The position numbers and the translations under genes are program-made. The notes beneath the pieces were generated by a model that worked only from the letters and a program-made list of their open reading frames with translations, made no database searches and was not told where the DNA came from. Below are positions 1 to 10,426 of a stretch of 64,000 nt of DNA, in pieces (the first letter of the stretch is position 1; the number at the start of each line of letters is the position of its first letter). The stretch is from an uncultured Oscillospiraceae bacterium (GTDB taxonomy: Bacteria; Bacillota; Clostridia; Oscillospirales; Oscillospiraceae), in NCBI GenBank assembly GCA_944387845.1, contig CALXGH010000039.1, forward strand, positions 14,930 through 78,929, in the 5' to 3' direction.

Positions 1-1
1 T

Positions 2-1885
2 TCAGACCTTGAAAAGAAAATAGCCGCTCTTGTATCATCAGGCGGCGAGACCAGATCATTTTCCGAGGCTAACGGAGATCTTGGAAGCTGGATGAGAAGC
101 TATCGCTATAACAAAACCGGTTCTATCCCAAAACTTGAGGAGCAGAAAAAGGCTCTCCAGGAGAAATATACCTCTCTTGAGCAGAAGACTCAGTCTCTCT
201 CTGATCTGAGGCAAAACGCCATACGTGCGGCCGAGCAGAAAGAAAAACTCTCTCAGGAGCTTGAGCTCCATAAGAAAATCGAGAAAAGAAATCGGCTCCG
301 CAATCTTAAAGACGCGGCAAACAGAGAGAAAAAAGCGGATGAGGAGATCGCAGCTCTTACTTCTATTATATCCGTGGACGGCCACATACCGACTAAGGAA
401 GAGATAAGCCAGATACGGGCAAAATGCTCCACCATGGACTCTCTGGATGTACTTTTCGTTAAATCTCTTGAGGAGGAAAAGGCCGCGAAGGTCGCTATGG
501 AAGATGCGGAAAAAGAATTTCAGGGCAATATTTTCCTTGAAAAATACGGTTCTGAGGAAGCCGCCGCATCAAAAGCCTCTCATATTGCCGGTTATACAAA
601 ACCTGAACCAGAGGCTATCCCTGAGCCTCCGAAGCCAAAATCATATTTTCCACACATGGCAGCTTTTATTGTCCTTGCCATAGCCGGAGCGCTTCTTGGA
701 GTTGCCGGTCTCTCAGGTACAAGTGTTCTTAACAGCTATTACGCTGTGTGCTTCGCTTTTGCTGTGCTGTGCATTATCTTTGCAGGTATATTTTTAAATA
801 AATCCGCAAGGGAAAAAGCAATAGCCGCAGCCTATGTTCCACCAGTGGCAACAGACCCGATGGAGGAATACTATGAGATTTTCGGCACCGATGATTTGGA
901 AAAGCTCAAATCTATGGCCAATGAATTTCTGACTCTGAGAGATAAATTTCAGAAATCCTCGGCAACTTACGCCGCTGCACGTCAGTCATTTATAGACGCA
1001 GGCAACTCAGTCAAGGCAGCGGAAAATCTCGTTATGTCAGCGGCCTCCAGTGTCATCCCCAACGCATCCGATCCATATTCAGTTTTGCAGGACCTTGTGG
1101 ACGTTGAAAACAACCTGGAGCTTCTCACTAAAGCCAGATTTGAAAAGCTCACCTCTCAGAACATCAAAGAGACATTGTCGGAAAACATATCAGACGATAT
1201 AGATGTCTCCGAAAACGATTTTCTCCCCGTACCAATGTACTCGTATGAGATTACTCTAAAAAACTACGAGAACATTTGCGCTGAGTACAATGAGCTTGCG
1301 GAGAAATACAACATCGCCTACGGCGAGCTAAAAGCCCTGGGCGACCCTGTTGTGATACTCAGCGACCTGTCCCGGATAGAAGAGGAGCTCAAAGTTCAAA
1401 ACGATACTTACGACAGTCTAAATATGGCATATACCGCTCTGAACGAGGCAAATGTTGAACTCCAAACACGATTTTCACCGGTAATCAGCAAAAAGGCCGG
1501 CGAGTATATGTCAGTACTCACAGGCGGCAGATATTCTGATATCGTATTTGACAAGGCCTTTAACGCAATGGCAAAATCCAGTGAGGAGACTATCTCTCGG
1601 AGTATTCTGTCCCTAAGTGAAGGCACCGCTGACCAGATTTATCTGGCACTGCGCCTTGCTATGAGCACTTTGATTTTGGACGGGGACGACCCGGCGCCTA
1701 TCATTCTTGATGACGCTATAGTAAACTTCGACAGCAACAGGATGCGGCATGCTCTCAGGCTTCTTAGAAAAATGAGTGCTCAGCGTCAGATAATCCTATT
1801 CACCTGCCATGACAGGGAGATCGAATTTGCTAAAAACTTTCCCAATGTCCGCATAATCCTCTTTGGTGACGAGGACAAAACATGA
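2..1885 (+). CDS. AAA-family ATPase, YhaN/SbcC-like (5'-partial, continues upstream of the window)
   Basis: The frame is open from nt 2 with no stop before the first ATG at 92. Long E/K/L-rich coiled-coil-like sequence. Two central hydrophobic helices (FPHMAAFIVLAIAGALLGVAGL, YYAVCFAFAVLCIIFAGIFL). C-terminal ABC-signature-like LSEGTADQIYLALRLA followed by Walker-B/D-loop PIILDDAIVNFD. TGA stop. Confidence 0.7.
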   Translation, partial: SDLEKKIAALVSSGGETRSFSEANGDLGSWMRSYRYNKTGSIPKLEEQKKALQEKYTSLEQKTQSLSDLRQNAIRAAEQKEKLSQELELHKKIEKRNRLRNLKDAANREKKADEEIAALTSIISVDGHIPTKEEISQIRAKCSTMDSLDVLFVKSLEEEKAAKVAMEDAEKEFQGNIFLEKYGSEEAAASKASHIAGYTKPEPEAIPEPPKPKSYFPHMAAFIVLAIAGALLGVAGLSGTSVLNSYYAVCFAFAVLCIIFAGIFLNKSAREKAIAAAYVPPVATDPMEEYYEIFGTDDLEKLKSMANEFLTLRDKFQKSSATYAAARQSFIDAGNSVKAAENLVMSAASSVIPNASDPYSVLQDLVDVENNLELLTKARFEKLTSQNIKETLSENISDDIDVSENDFLPVPMYSYEITLKNYENICAEYNELAEKYNIAYGELKALGDPVVILSDLSRIEEELKVQNDTYDSLNMAYTALNEANVELQTRFSPVISKKAGEYMSVLTGGRYSDIVFDKAFNAMAKSSEETISRSILSLSEGTADQIYLALRLAMSTLILDGDDPAPIILDDAIVNFDSNRMRHALRLLRKMSAQRQIILFTCHDREIEFAKNFPNVRIILFGDEDKT

Positions 1886-1891
1886 TGTATG

Positions 1892-1927
1892 AAAAACTGC
1901 AGTCTCTTATATAGAGACTGCAGTTTT
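1892..1927. terminator. Bidirectional rho-independent terminator between convergent genes
   Basis: Perfect 11-bp stem CTGCAGTCTCT (1897-1907) / AGAGACTGCAG (1913-1923) with a 5-nt loop. A-run upstream and TTTT downstream. Confidence 0.8.
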
Positions 1928-1947
1928 GTTCTGCTGGGTATAATAAT

Positions 1948-2463
1948 TTAAAATCTTCCTCTGTGGACTTTTGCGTAGTCAATCTTGTCCTCTGTGTAAC
2001 CTGCGGGGAACTCCGCTTTGTGGCCTATTGCCATAACTGACAGCACCTCATAGTTATCTGGAATCCTTAGAAGTTTCTTCACGGCCTCGCCTGAATCTCC
2101 CTGATCATTGGATCTTCCTCTAATCTGGACCCAACAACATCCAAGATTCAGTTTCTCACATTCCAGCATAATGTACGCGGCGGAAATCGAGGCGTCCTCA
2201 TCCCAGACATCGCTTCTATCTGCATCAGCGATTATAGCGATGGCTAAAGGCGCGGTGCTTAAAGCGGTAGTACCGTTGCTTCTGCAATTTTTCAGCTCCG
2301 CGATAGTTCGTGCATCTTCGCAAACAACGAGCTCAACGGGATAAATAGCTCTTCCCGACGGAGCGGACATGGCAGCTTTGATTATTGCCTCTCTGTCCTC
2401 TTCAGACACTTTTTCCTCAGTAAATTTCCTAACGGTCCTTCTACTTAGCATTAAATCAAGCAT
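1948..2463 (-). CDS. Nitroreductase family protein
   Basis: 171 aa. N-terminal RRTVRKF motif typical of FMN nitroreductases, with the family pattern through ...AIGHKAE. SD GGAGGTG lies upstream of the ATG. Confidence 0.75.
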   Translation of the reverse strand: MLDLMLSRRTVRKFTEEKVSEEDREAIIKAAMSAPSGRAIYPVELVVCEDARTIAELKNCRSNGTTALSTAPLAIAIIADADRSDVWDEDASISAAYIMLECEKLNLGCCWVQIRGRSNDQGDSGEAVKKLLRIPDNYEVLSVMAIGHKAEFPAGYTEDKIDYAKVHRGRF

Positions 2464-2655
2464 ATTATCACCTCCGCTAAACTTTCAGTCAGAAACGCGA
2501 AAATAAACATCACGTCTCCAAAAAAATTATACCATTTTTTACATAAGCAATCAATAAAACACCTTGTAAATATGATGTAAAGATGTTAGTATAGTTCTTA
2601 ATATATTTTCAGACAAGTATTTTAGACATATACAAATTTAAGGAGGAGAATTCAT

Positions 2656-4161
2656 ATGGCTTACATCTCTCCAGAACCATCCCGTACATTCAGTGAATAC
2701 CTTTTAGTGCCTGGCTATACAAGCGCAGAGTGTGTTCCTGACAACGTGGACCTTAAAACACCGCTGGTCAAATTTAAAAAAGGCGAGAAATCCCCGATCA
2801 CTTTAAATATCCCGCTTACATCTGCTATAATGCAGGCCGTTTCCGATGACAAAATGGCCGTTGCTCTTGCTCGTGAAGGCGGTCTTTCTTTTATCTATGG
2901 CTCACAGCCCATTGAGAGCCAGGCTGCTATGGTAGAGAGAGTAAAGTCCTACAAAGCAGGTTTCGTACCAAGCGATTCCAACGTAAAAGCTGACGACACT
3001 CTCAACACAATTCTTGAGCTCAAGGCAAAAACCGGCCACTCAACAGTTGCCGTTACTGAGGATGGCACATCCCACGGTCGTCTTGTTGGTATCGTTGCAA
3101 GCCGCGACTACCGCGTAAGCCGTATGACAGGAGATGAAAAAGTCTCCACCTTCATGACTCCTATCGATAAGCTGGTTACAGCTCAGGAGGGTATCACTTT
3201 AAAAGAGGCCAACGACATCATCTGGGAACACAAGATAAATTCCCTTCCTATTTTGACTAAAGACGGAAAGCTCCGCTACTTTGTCTTCCGCAAAGACTAT
3301 GACCTTCACAAAGAAAATCCCTATGAGCTCCTTGACGAGAACAAGAAATATATCGTAGGCGCAGGTATCAATAGCCGCGACTATGCAAAGAGAGTTCCGG
3401 CTCTTGTTGAGGCTGGCGCTGACGTTCTTTGTATCGACTCCTCCGAGGGCTATACAGAGTGGCAGAAACGCACCATTGCGTGGATCCGGGAAAACTACGG
3501 CGACAGCGTAAAAGTTGGCGCAGGCAACGTAGTTGACAGCGAAGGCTTCCGCTTCCTTGCCGAGTGCGGCGCGGACTTTGTAAAAGTCGGCATCGGCGGC
3601 GGCTCCATCTGCATAACACGTGAACAGAAGGGTATTGGCCGTGGACAGGCTACCGCTCTTATTGACGTATGCAAAGAGAGAGACAAATACTTCGAAGAGA
3701 CTGGCATCTATGTTCCTGTCTGCTCAGATGGCGGTATCGTACACGATTACCACTTCACTCTGGCTCTTGCTATGGGTGCAGACTTCCTCATGCTCGGTCG
3801 TTACTTCGCACGGTTTGACGAAAGCCCAACAGAGATCGTACGTATCGGCGGCACATACATGAAAGAGTACTGGGGCGAAGGTTCTTCCAGAGCCCGTAAC
3901 TGGCAGAGATACGACCTTGGCGGCGCAGGCGGAAAGCTCAGCTTCGAAGAAGGCGTTGACTCCTATGTACCTTACGCCGGCAGTTTGAAAGACAACGTGG
4001 CTATCACTCTTAACAAGGTTAGATCCACAATGTGCAACTGCGGCGCTATCACAATACCTGAGCTTCAGAAGAAAGCAAAGATCACGCTCGTCTCCTCCAC
4101 ATCCATTGTTGAAGGTGGCGCTCACGATGTTCTCCTTAAAGAAAAGGCAATGAACAACTAA
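2656..4161 (+). CDS. guaB: IMP dehydrogenase (about 500-aa class with a CBS pair)
   Basis: Catalytic loop [23 protein letters not shown], with a CBS-pair insert between the barrel halves. Strong SD AAGGAGGAG 7 nt before the ATG. From memory, the sequence closely resembles the Tritrichomonas foetus-type IMPDH subclass. Confidence 0.88.
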   Translation: MAYISPEPSRTFSEYLLVPGYTSAECVPDNVDLKTPLVKFKKGEKSPITLNIPLTSAIMQAVSDDKMAVALAREGGLSFIYGSQPIESQAAMVERVKSYKAGFVPSDSNVKADDTLNTILELKAKTGHSTVAVTEDGTSHGRLVGIVASRDYRVSRMTGDEKVSTFMTPIDKLVTAQEGITLKEANDIIWEHKINSLPILTKDGKLRYFVFRKDYDLHKENPYELLDENKKYIVGAGINSRDYAKRVPALVEAGADVLCIDSSEGYTEWQKRTIAWIRENYGDSVKVGAGNVVDSEGFRFLAECGADFVKVGIGGGSICITREQKGIGRGQATALIDVCKERDKYFEETGIYVPVCSDGGIVHDYHFTLALAMGADFLMLGRYFARFDESPTEIVRIGGTYMKEYWGEGSSRARNWQRYDLGGAGGKLSFEEGVDSYVPYAGSLKDNVAITLNKVRSTMCNCGAITIPELQKKAKITLVSSTSIVEGGAHDVLLKEKAMNN

Positions 4162-4177
4162 TATATATTCTAATAAT

Positions 4178-4221
4178 AAAAAGCAGCATTTTTCCTAAAA
4201 ATGGAAAAATGCTGCTTTTTT
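4178..4221. terminator. Bidirectional terminator (guaB / spoVAE)
   Basis: AGCAGCATTTTT (4182-4193) pairs with AAAAATGCTGCT (4205-4216). A-run upstream and T-run downstream. Confidence 0.8.
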
Positions 4222-4588
4222 AGCTTTTGTCCCCTGGTTTAAAGAGGAGCGCAACTACATATCCGAAAAATACTGCGGCGCATATACCACCCGCTCCAGC
4301 GGTAAAGCCGCCTGTAAAAGCTCCGATTATACCGTTCTCAGCTACAGCGGTTTTGACTCCCTTTGCAAGGAGATTTCCAAAACCTGTCAGCGGTACTGAG
4401 GCTCCCGCTCCTGCCCACTTTAAAAACGGCTCATATATTCCCAGTCCGCCCAGAATCACACCTATTACCACATAGCTTGTTAAAATTCTGGCCGGTGTCA
4501 GTTTGGTCTTGTCCACTAGTATCTGGCCTATAAGGCACAGCGTACCGCCGGCTATAAATGCCCGTACGAATTGCATAAAAGTTTCCAT
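4220..4588 (-). CDS. spoVAE: Stage V sporulation protein AE (SpoVAEB-type membrane protein)
   Basis: METFMQFVRAFIAGGTLCLIGQILVD...VPLTGFGNLLAKGV matches the SpoVAE family. The ATG at 4588-4586 overlaps the spoVAD TAA (ATAATGG), indicating translational coupling. The longer ORF start at 4639 would lie inside spoVAD. Confidence 0.85.
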   Translation of the reverse strand: METFMQFVRAFIAGGTLCLIGQILVDKTKLTPARILTSYVVIGVILGGLGIYEPFLKWAGAGASVPLTGFGNLLAKGVKTAVAENGIIGAFTGGFTAGAGGICAAVFFGYVVALLFKPGDKS

Positions 4589-5613
4589 TATTTTAATCCC
4601 TGCCTTGTATTTGAAATGGCGATGGCCGTGCATATACACGGTATTGATTCACCCTGCATTGTGGATGTGGTAGAAAGCAGAGCGCCGGTAGGCGCAAAGA
4701 GCACCCTGTTCCACTTGCCCTCTCTCATCCCGTTTAATATATATCCGTTTAAAACTGATGCGGCGCAGCCACAGCCACTACCTCCTGCGTGTACATCCTG
4801 GGTCTCCCGGTCGAATATGATAAGACCGCAGTCGTTATACACATTTGTCATGTCTATTCCGTCCGAAGCAAAAAACTCCGTAACAATTCTAAAGCCAATA
4901 AGGCCAAGGTCTCCAGTAAAAATCGCATCGTAATAGTCCGGACCTATGGACATATCCTCAAAATGGGCCTTAAGTGTATCATAGGCCGCCGGCGCCATGG
5001 CAGCGCCCATATTATTTGCGTCCTTTATGCCATTGTCCACAATTTTGCCCTGGGTAATGTGTGTTATATACGGCCCGGGGCCATCTTTAGCCAGGATAGT
5101 AGTACCAGAACCTGTAACGGTCCACTGAGCAGTAGGCGTCCTCTGACCTCCGTATTCCAGAGGCATTCTGAACTGCCTCTCAGCGGAGCAGAAATGTGAG
5201 GAGGTTGATGCCGAGGCTATGTCCGCAAAGCCGCCGTCTATAACCATGGACGCCAGGGCAAGACTCTCTCCCATTGTGGAGCAGGCTCCGTAAAGGCCGA
5301 AAAAAGGCACTCCCGCGTCCCTCATGCAAAATCCGCTGCTTATGCACTGGTTTAAAAGATCTCCAGCAAAAACATAGTCTATCTGGGACGGACTAACCCC
5401 CGCTTTATCGCAGGATATATTAAACGCCTTCTTCATCATGGCAGACTCAGCCTTCTCCCAACTGCTCTCCCCAAAGAAGCTGTCCTCATTTATATAGTCA
5501 AAACTGTCAGAGAGCGGCCCCTCGCCTTCTTTTTTGCCCACAACACAGGCATTACCGATAATGGCCGGCGGCGTCTGCAGGGCCACAGTCTGGGACCCAA
5601 TTTTTTTAGTCAT
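4588..5613 (-). CDS. spoVAD: Stage V sporulation protein AD (thiolase-fold, dipicolinate-binding)
   Basis: 341 aa. N-terminus MTKKIGSQTV..PPAIIGNACVVGKKEGEGPL and overall pattern are typical of SpoVAD. SD GGGAG upstream. Confidence 0.88.
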   Translation of the reverse strand: MTKKIGSQTVALQTPPAIIGNACVVGKKEGEGPLSDSFDYINEDSFFGESSWEKAESAMMKKAFNISCDKAGVSPSQIDYVFAGDLLNQCISSGFCMRDAGVPFFGLYGACSTMGESLALASMVIDGGFADIASASTSSHFCSAERQFRMPLEYGGQRTPTAQWTVTGSGTTILAKDGPGPYITHITQGKIVDNGIKDANNMGAAMAPAAYDTLKAHFEDMSIGPDYYDAIFTGDLGLIGFRIVTEFFASDGIDMTNVYNDCGLIIFDRETQDVHAGGSGCGCAASVLNGYILNGMREGKWNRVLFAPTGALLSTTSTMQGESIPCICTAIAISNTRQGLK

Positions 5614-5733
5614 GAAATCACTCCCGATGTAAGTTGTTAAAAGTTCAATCTCAGAATTATTTTGAACATTTTTCTGTAAATTATTTATATTGTTTTTGCA
5701 AATAAAAATGTTACAATATTTTTGGTGATATTT

Positions 5734-6561
5734 ATGGATAAAGATATATTTTATAAAATAGAAACTGACGATGATTTTGACCTGGACAAGATTTTCGACT
5801 GCGGTCAGTGCTTCCGCTGGAACAAAAACGATGACGACTCATATACCGGCGTTGCCATGGGAAAAGCGGCCACAATAAAAAAAGACTCCTCCGGCATTTA
5901 CATAACAGGTACCAAAGAAGACTATGACAATATTTGGCATGACTATTTCGATATGGACAACAACTACCGGCAGATACGTCAGGGGCTATGTATTGACGAG
6001 TATATGAAAAATGCCTCTGATTTCGGAGCTGGCATACGTATTTTGAGACAAGATAAGTGGGAGGCTCTTTGCTCATTTATAATTTCCCAGTGCAACAATA
6101 TTCCAAGGATAAAGAAAATCGTGGAGACTTTCTCCTGCTGCTTTGGAGACGAGATATCTTTTGGCGGCGACACATATTACGCTTTCCCTACAGCGGAAAA
6201 AACCGCTGGTCTAACAATAGAGGATCTGGCACCGCTTAGGTGCGGTTACCGGGCTCCATACATAATTGACGCCGCAAAAGCGGTACAAAATGGCGACATT
6301 GACCTTGAATCTCTCAGTTCAGCTTCTCTTTCCGATGCCGTAAAAGCCCTGCGAAGCTTAAACGGCGTGGGAGAAAAAGTTGCAAACTGCGCAATACTCT
6401 TTTCTCTGCACAAGCTGGACGCATTTCCTGTGGACGTCTGGATGAAAAAAGCAATTTCACAGCACTATGGGAAAGACTTTGACCCCAATGTTTTCGGCCC
6501 CTTCGCCGGCATAGGCCAGCAATATATGTTCTATTACCAGCGTAGTGGAGACGGCATCTGA
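5734..6561 (+). CDS. ogg: 8-oxoguanine DNA glycosylase (HhH-GPD family, clostridial Ogg type)
   Basis: N-terminal FDCGQCFRW motif. HhH-GPD element LNGVGEKVANCAILFSL...DAFPVDVW with the catalytic Lys in GVGEK. The ATG at 5734 is preferred over the GTG at 5722. Confidence 0.8.
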   Translation: MDKDIFYKIETDDDFDLDKIFDCGQCFRWNKNDDDSYTGVAMGKAATIKKDSSGIYITGTKEDYDNIWHDYFDMDNNYRQIRQGLCIDEYMKNASDFGAGIRILRQDKWEALCSFIISQCNNIPRIKKIVETFSCCFGDEISFGGDTYYAFPTAEKTAGLTIEDLAPLRCGYRAPYIIDAAKAVQNGDIDLESLSSASLSDAVKALRSLNGVGEKVANCAILFSLHKLDAFPVDVWMKKAISQHYGKDFDPNVFGPFAGIGQQYMFYYQRSGDGI

Positions 6562-6777
6562 TATTCGCAATTTGATTTTTCTGAAATATAATAAAGTTAT
6601 ACCAATAAATGAAAGCTGGCCTCAGTAAAAATTTCATATTTTGAAAATTCATGCTTCTACATCTATCATATCCAGCCTCAGTAGGCAGGATATTCGGTTG
6701 TTTTCACCAATTAATCAAATCAAAAAGGGGATATTCTATACCAAATATCCTAATTTTGTATATTTGTTCTAAAAACA

Positions 6778-6806
6778 TTGCAAAAACCTTTAAAACCCAG
6801 TATAAT
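6778..6806 (+). promoter_or_regulatory. Sigma-A promoter upstream of pyc
   Basis: TTGCAA (6778-6783), 17 nt spacer, TATAAT (6801-6806). Leaves an AT-rich leader of about 130 nt before the pyc start. Confidence 0.6.
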
Positions 6807-6941
6807 CTAATTCACCACTATAAATTATTTAAATATATCGTATGTATTACATTTGCTGAAAATTAACTGTTTTACACCTCTGAAATTGATTTTCGGCAAA
6901 AAATATACGAAATTTTCAATATGAAAGGAGTTCTGTCTTTG

Positions 6942-9900
6942 ATGCAACAACGCAATTTTAACAAGATACTGGTTGCAAATCGCGGCGAAATCGCCATAAG
7001 AATCTTCAGAGCCTGCTACGATCTGGGCCTGCACACTGTAGCCATGTATTCAAACGAAGACACCTTCAGCCTTTTCAGAACAAAAGCCGATGAGGCTTAT
7101 CTTATAGGTGAAAATACAAGCCCATTAAAGGCTTATCTTGACATCCCAGCTATTATAAAGCTGGCGAAGCAGAGAAATGTTGACGCCATTCACCCTGGCT
7201 ATGGCTTTTTATCTGAAAACGCCGATTTCGCCAAGGCATGTGAGGACGCTGGCATCACGTTTATCGGTCCATCCTCAAAGATCCTTGCTCAGATGGGCGA
7301 CAAACTCACAGCCAAACAGATAGCAAAAGAGTGCGACGTACCAACCATTCCTGGTTCTAGCGTTCCTCTGAAAGACGCCGATGAGGCTCTTGCCAAAGCC
7401 AAAGAGTACGGCTTCCCTATAATTTTGAAAGCCGCTGGCGGCGGCGGTGGCCGCGGCATGCGCAGATGCGACAGCGAAGAAGATGTTAAACCGGCTTTTG
7501 AGCTTGTAAAAAGCGAAGCGATCAAGGCATTTGGCAGCGAGGATATTTTCATTGAAAAATATCTTGTTGAGCCGAAACACATAGAAGTCCAGATCCTGGG
7601 CGACAAATACGGCAATGTTGTGCATCTCTATGAAAGGGACTGCTCCCTTCAGAGAAGATACCAGAAGGTAGTTGAGTTTGCTCCTGCATGGTCAATTCCT
7701 AAAGAAACCAAACAGAAACTCTATGATGATGCTGTAAAAGTCGCAAAGCACGTTGGTTATGTTTCAGCCGGTACTGTAGAGTTCCTTGTTGACAAGGACT
7801 ACAACCACTACTTCATTGAGATGAACCCACGTATCCAGGTTGAGCACACTGTTACGGAGATGGTAACGGGTATCGACCTTGTAAGAGCGCAGATACTTAT
7901 TGCAGAGGGCCACACGCTGTATGATCCGCTGGTAGGCATAAAGAAGGATCAGCCTCCAAAGCTGGACGGTTACGCTATCCAGTGCCGTGTTACAACAGAG
8001 GACCCGTCAAACAACTTTGCCCCCGACACAGGTACGATCACATCTTACCGCAGCGGCGGCGGCTTTGGTATACGTCTTGACGGTGGAAACGCCTACACCG
8101 GCGCTGTAATCTCCCCGTATTACGACAGCCTTCTTGTTAAGGTAACAACATGGGATAACACTTTTGATGGCGTATGCAGAAAAGCCACCCGTGCCCTCAG
8201 TGAGGAGCACATCCGTGGCGTCAAAACAAACATACCATTTATCACAAATATACTTAACCACCCAACTTTCAGGGCTGGTAAATGCCATACAAAGTTTATC
8301 GACGAGACTCCTGAGCTTTTCGAGATAAACGCCAGCCGAGACAGAGCTACAAAACTTCTGCGCTACATCGCTCAGAATCAGGTAGATCACCCCAACAAGG
8401 TCCGTACTCAGCTGGACCCACCGAGAGTGCCTGATGTATCAGGCCTGCCGGAGCGGGAAGGCCTTAAGCAGCTTCTTGACAGAGAGGGCCCTGAAGCTGT
8501 TAAAAAATACATTTTAGACCAGAAAAAGCTTCTGATAACAGACACCACAATGCGTGATGCACACCAGTCCCTGCTTTCAACAAGAGTAAGGACCATAGAT
8601 ATGCTGGGCTGCGCTGAGGGAACTTCAAAAATATTAAACGACTGCTTCTCCCTTGAGATGTGGGGCGGCGCAACATTTGATGTTGCATACCGCTTCCTCC
8701 ATGAGTCCCCATGGGAGCGTCTCAGGCTTCTGAGAGAAAAGATACCCAACATTCCTTTCCAGATGCTTTTGCGAGGCGCCAACGCCGTGGGCTACGCAAA
8801 CTATCCCGACAACCTTATAAGAGCCTTTATTAAAGAGGCCGTTAAGGGCGGTATAGACGTATTTAGGATCTTTGACTCTCTAAACTGGCTGCCGGGCATA
8901 GAGGTAGCTATGGACGAGGTCTTAAACCAGGATAAGATCTGCGAGGCTGCAATATGCTACACAGGCGATATTCTGGACCCGAAGAGGGACAAATACACTC
9001 TTAAATACTATGTGGATCTTGCAAAAGAGCTGGAGCGCCGCGGTGCCCATATTCTTGCCATCAAGGATATGTCAGGTCTTCTTAAGCCATACGCCGCCAA
9101 GAAGCTGGTATCCACTCTTAAAAATGAGATCGGTCTTCCGATACACCTGCATACTCATGACACTTCCGGCAACCAGGTTGCAACATACCTTATGGCTGCT
9201 GAGGCTGGCGTTGATATTGTGGACTGTGCCGTTGACTCCATGTCTTCGATGACAAGCAACCCGTCCATGAACTCTATCGTAACATCACTTCAGGGCCAGG
9301 AGCGCGATACGGGCATTGACCCCAACGAACTCCAGAAGCTCTCCGATTACTGGTCCGATGTCAGGGCAGTATACTCCGATTTTGAGACCGACATAAAGAA
9401 CCCGTCGACTGACATCTACCGCTATGAAATGCCTGGCGGCCAGTACTCAAACCTTAAATCTCAGGTTGAAAGCCTTGGTATGGGCCACCAGTTTGACAAT
9501 GTCAAGGAGATGTACGTCAAGGTAAACGAGATGCTGGGCGACATTGTAAAGGTTACACCTTCATCAAAAATGGTTGGCGATCTTGCCATATTTATGGTTC
9601 AGAACAACTTGACCCCTGAAAACATCGTTGAGCGAGGCGAAGCTCTCACATTCCCTGACTCCGTCGTTTCATACTTCAAGGGCATGATGGGTCAGCCTGC
9701 TTGGGGCTTCCCGGAGGATCTTCAGAAAGTTGTCCTCAAGGGCGAAGAGCCTATAACTTGCAGACCGGGCGAGCTCCTTCCGCCTATTGACTTCAACAAG
9801 GCCACACGGGACGTTCGCAGCTTCTACCCTGAGGCAACGGATCACAACATCATCTCCTGGTGTCTCTACCCGAGAGTTGTTGAGGACTTCTACCGCCATC

Positions 9901-10367
9901 GTCAGGAATATGGCTACATCATGCGTGTTGACAGCAATATCTTCTTTAACGGCATGGAGGTAGGCCAGACTGCAAAAATCAGCATTGAGGATGGTAAAGA
10001 CCTTGTTATAAAATACAAAGGTATTGGCGATCTTAATGAGGACGGTACAAGAAATGTCCACTTTGAGCTAAACGGTATGCGCAGAGACGTTGCCGTTCCC
10101 GATAAGACAGCAAAGTCTAAAGTCAAAAACGTTCTTATTGCAAAGCCGGAAGACAAGAGCCAGGTTGGTGCTTCAATACCTGGTCTCATCTCCAAAATCA
10201 ATGTAAAGCCTGGCGATAAGGTAAAGGAAAACCAGGTTCTCGCCACAATCGAGGCAATGAAGATGGAGACAAATATTGTTGCCAGAATGACTGGCACAAT
10301 AGAAAAGATCTTCGTATCCGAAGGTTCTAATGTTAAAGCCGGCGAGCTTATTATGACTATCAAATAG
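6942..10367 (+). CDS. pyc: Pyruvate carboxylase
   Basis: Biotin carboxylase N-terminus (NKILVANRGEIAIRIF), carboxyltransferase TIM-barrel centre, C-terminal biotinyl domain with EAMKMET. The ATG at 6942 sits 9 nt after AAAGGAG; the ORF-table start at 6921 lacks an SD. TAG stop. Confidence 0.93.
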   Translation: MQQRNFNKILVANRGEIAIRIFRACYDLGLHTVAMYSNEDTFSLFRTKADEAYLIGENTSPLKAYLDIPAIIKLAKQRNVDAIHPGYGFLSENADFAKACEDAGITFIGPSSKILAQMGDKLTAKQIAKECDVPTIPGSSVPLKDADEALAKAKEYGFPIILKAAGGGGGRGMRRCDSEEDVKPAFELVKSEAIKAFGSEDIFIEKYLVEPKHIEVQILGDKYGNVVHLYERDCSLQRRYQKVVEFAPAWSIPKETKQKLYDDAVKVAKHVGYVSAGTVEFLVDKDYNHYFIEMNPRIQVEHTVTEMVTGIDLVRAQILIAEGHTLYDPLVGIKKDQPPKLDGYAIQCRVTTEDPSNNFAPDTGTITSYRSGGGFGIRLDGGNAYTGAVISPYYDSLLVKVTTWDNTFDGVCRKATRALSEEHIRGVKTNIPFITNILNHPTFRAGKCHTKFIDETPELFEINASRDRATKLLRYIAQNQVDHPNKVRTQLDPPRVPDVSGLPEREGLKQLLDREGPEAVKKYILDQKKLLITDTTMRDAHQSLLSTRVRTIDMLGCAEGTSKILNDCFSLEMWGGATFDVAYRFLHESPWERLRLLREKIPNIPFQMLLRGANAVGYANYPDNLIRAFIKEAVKGGIDVFRIFDSLNWLPGIEVAMDEVLNQDKICEAAICYTGDILDPKRDKYTLKYYVDLAKELERRGAHILAIKDMSGLLKPYAAKKLVSTLKNEIGLPIHLHTHDTSGNQVATYLMAAEAGVDIVDCAVDSMSSMTSNPSMNSIVTSLQGQERDTGIDPNELQKLSDYWSDVRAVYSDFETDIKNPSTDIYRYEMPGGQYSNLKSQVESLGMGHQFDNVKEMYVKVNEMLGDIVKVTPSSKMVGDLAIFMVQNNLTPENIVERGEALTFPDSVVSYFKGMMGQPAWGFPEDLQKVVLKGEEPITCRPGELLPPIDFNKATRDVRSFYPEATDHNIISWCLYPRVVEDFYRHRQEYGYIMRVDSNIFFNGMEVGQTAKISIEDGKDLVIKYKGIGDLNEDGTRNVHFELNGMRRDVAVPDKTAKSKVKNVLIAKPEDKSQVGASIPGLISKINVKPGDKVKENQVLATIEAMKMETNIVARMTGTIEKIFVSEGSNVKAGELIMTIK

Positions 10368-10391
10368 GTCTTGCAAAAAGTATTAAAGTGC

Positions 10392-10426
10392 AAAAAGAGT
10401 TAAGCCTTACGGCTTAACTCTTTTTA
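10392..10426. terminator. Bidirectional terminator (pyc / zinc-ribbon ORF)
   Basis: AGAGTTAAGCC (10396-10406), loop TTAC, GGCTTAACTCT (10411-10421). AAAA upstream and TTTTT downstream. Confidence 0.85.
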
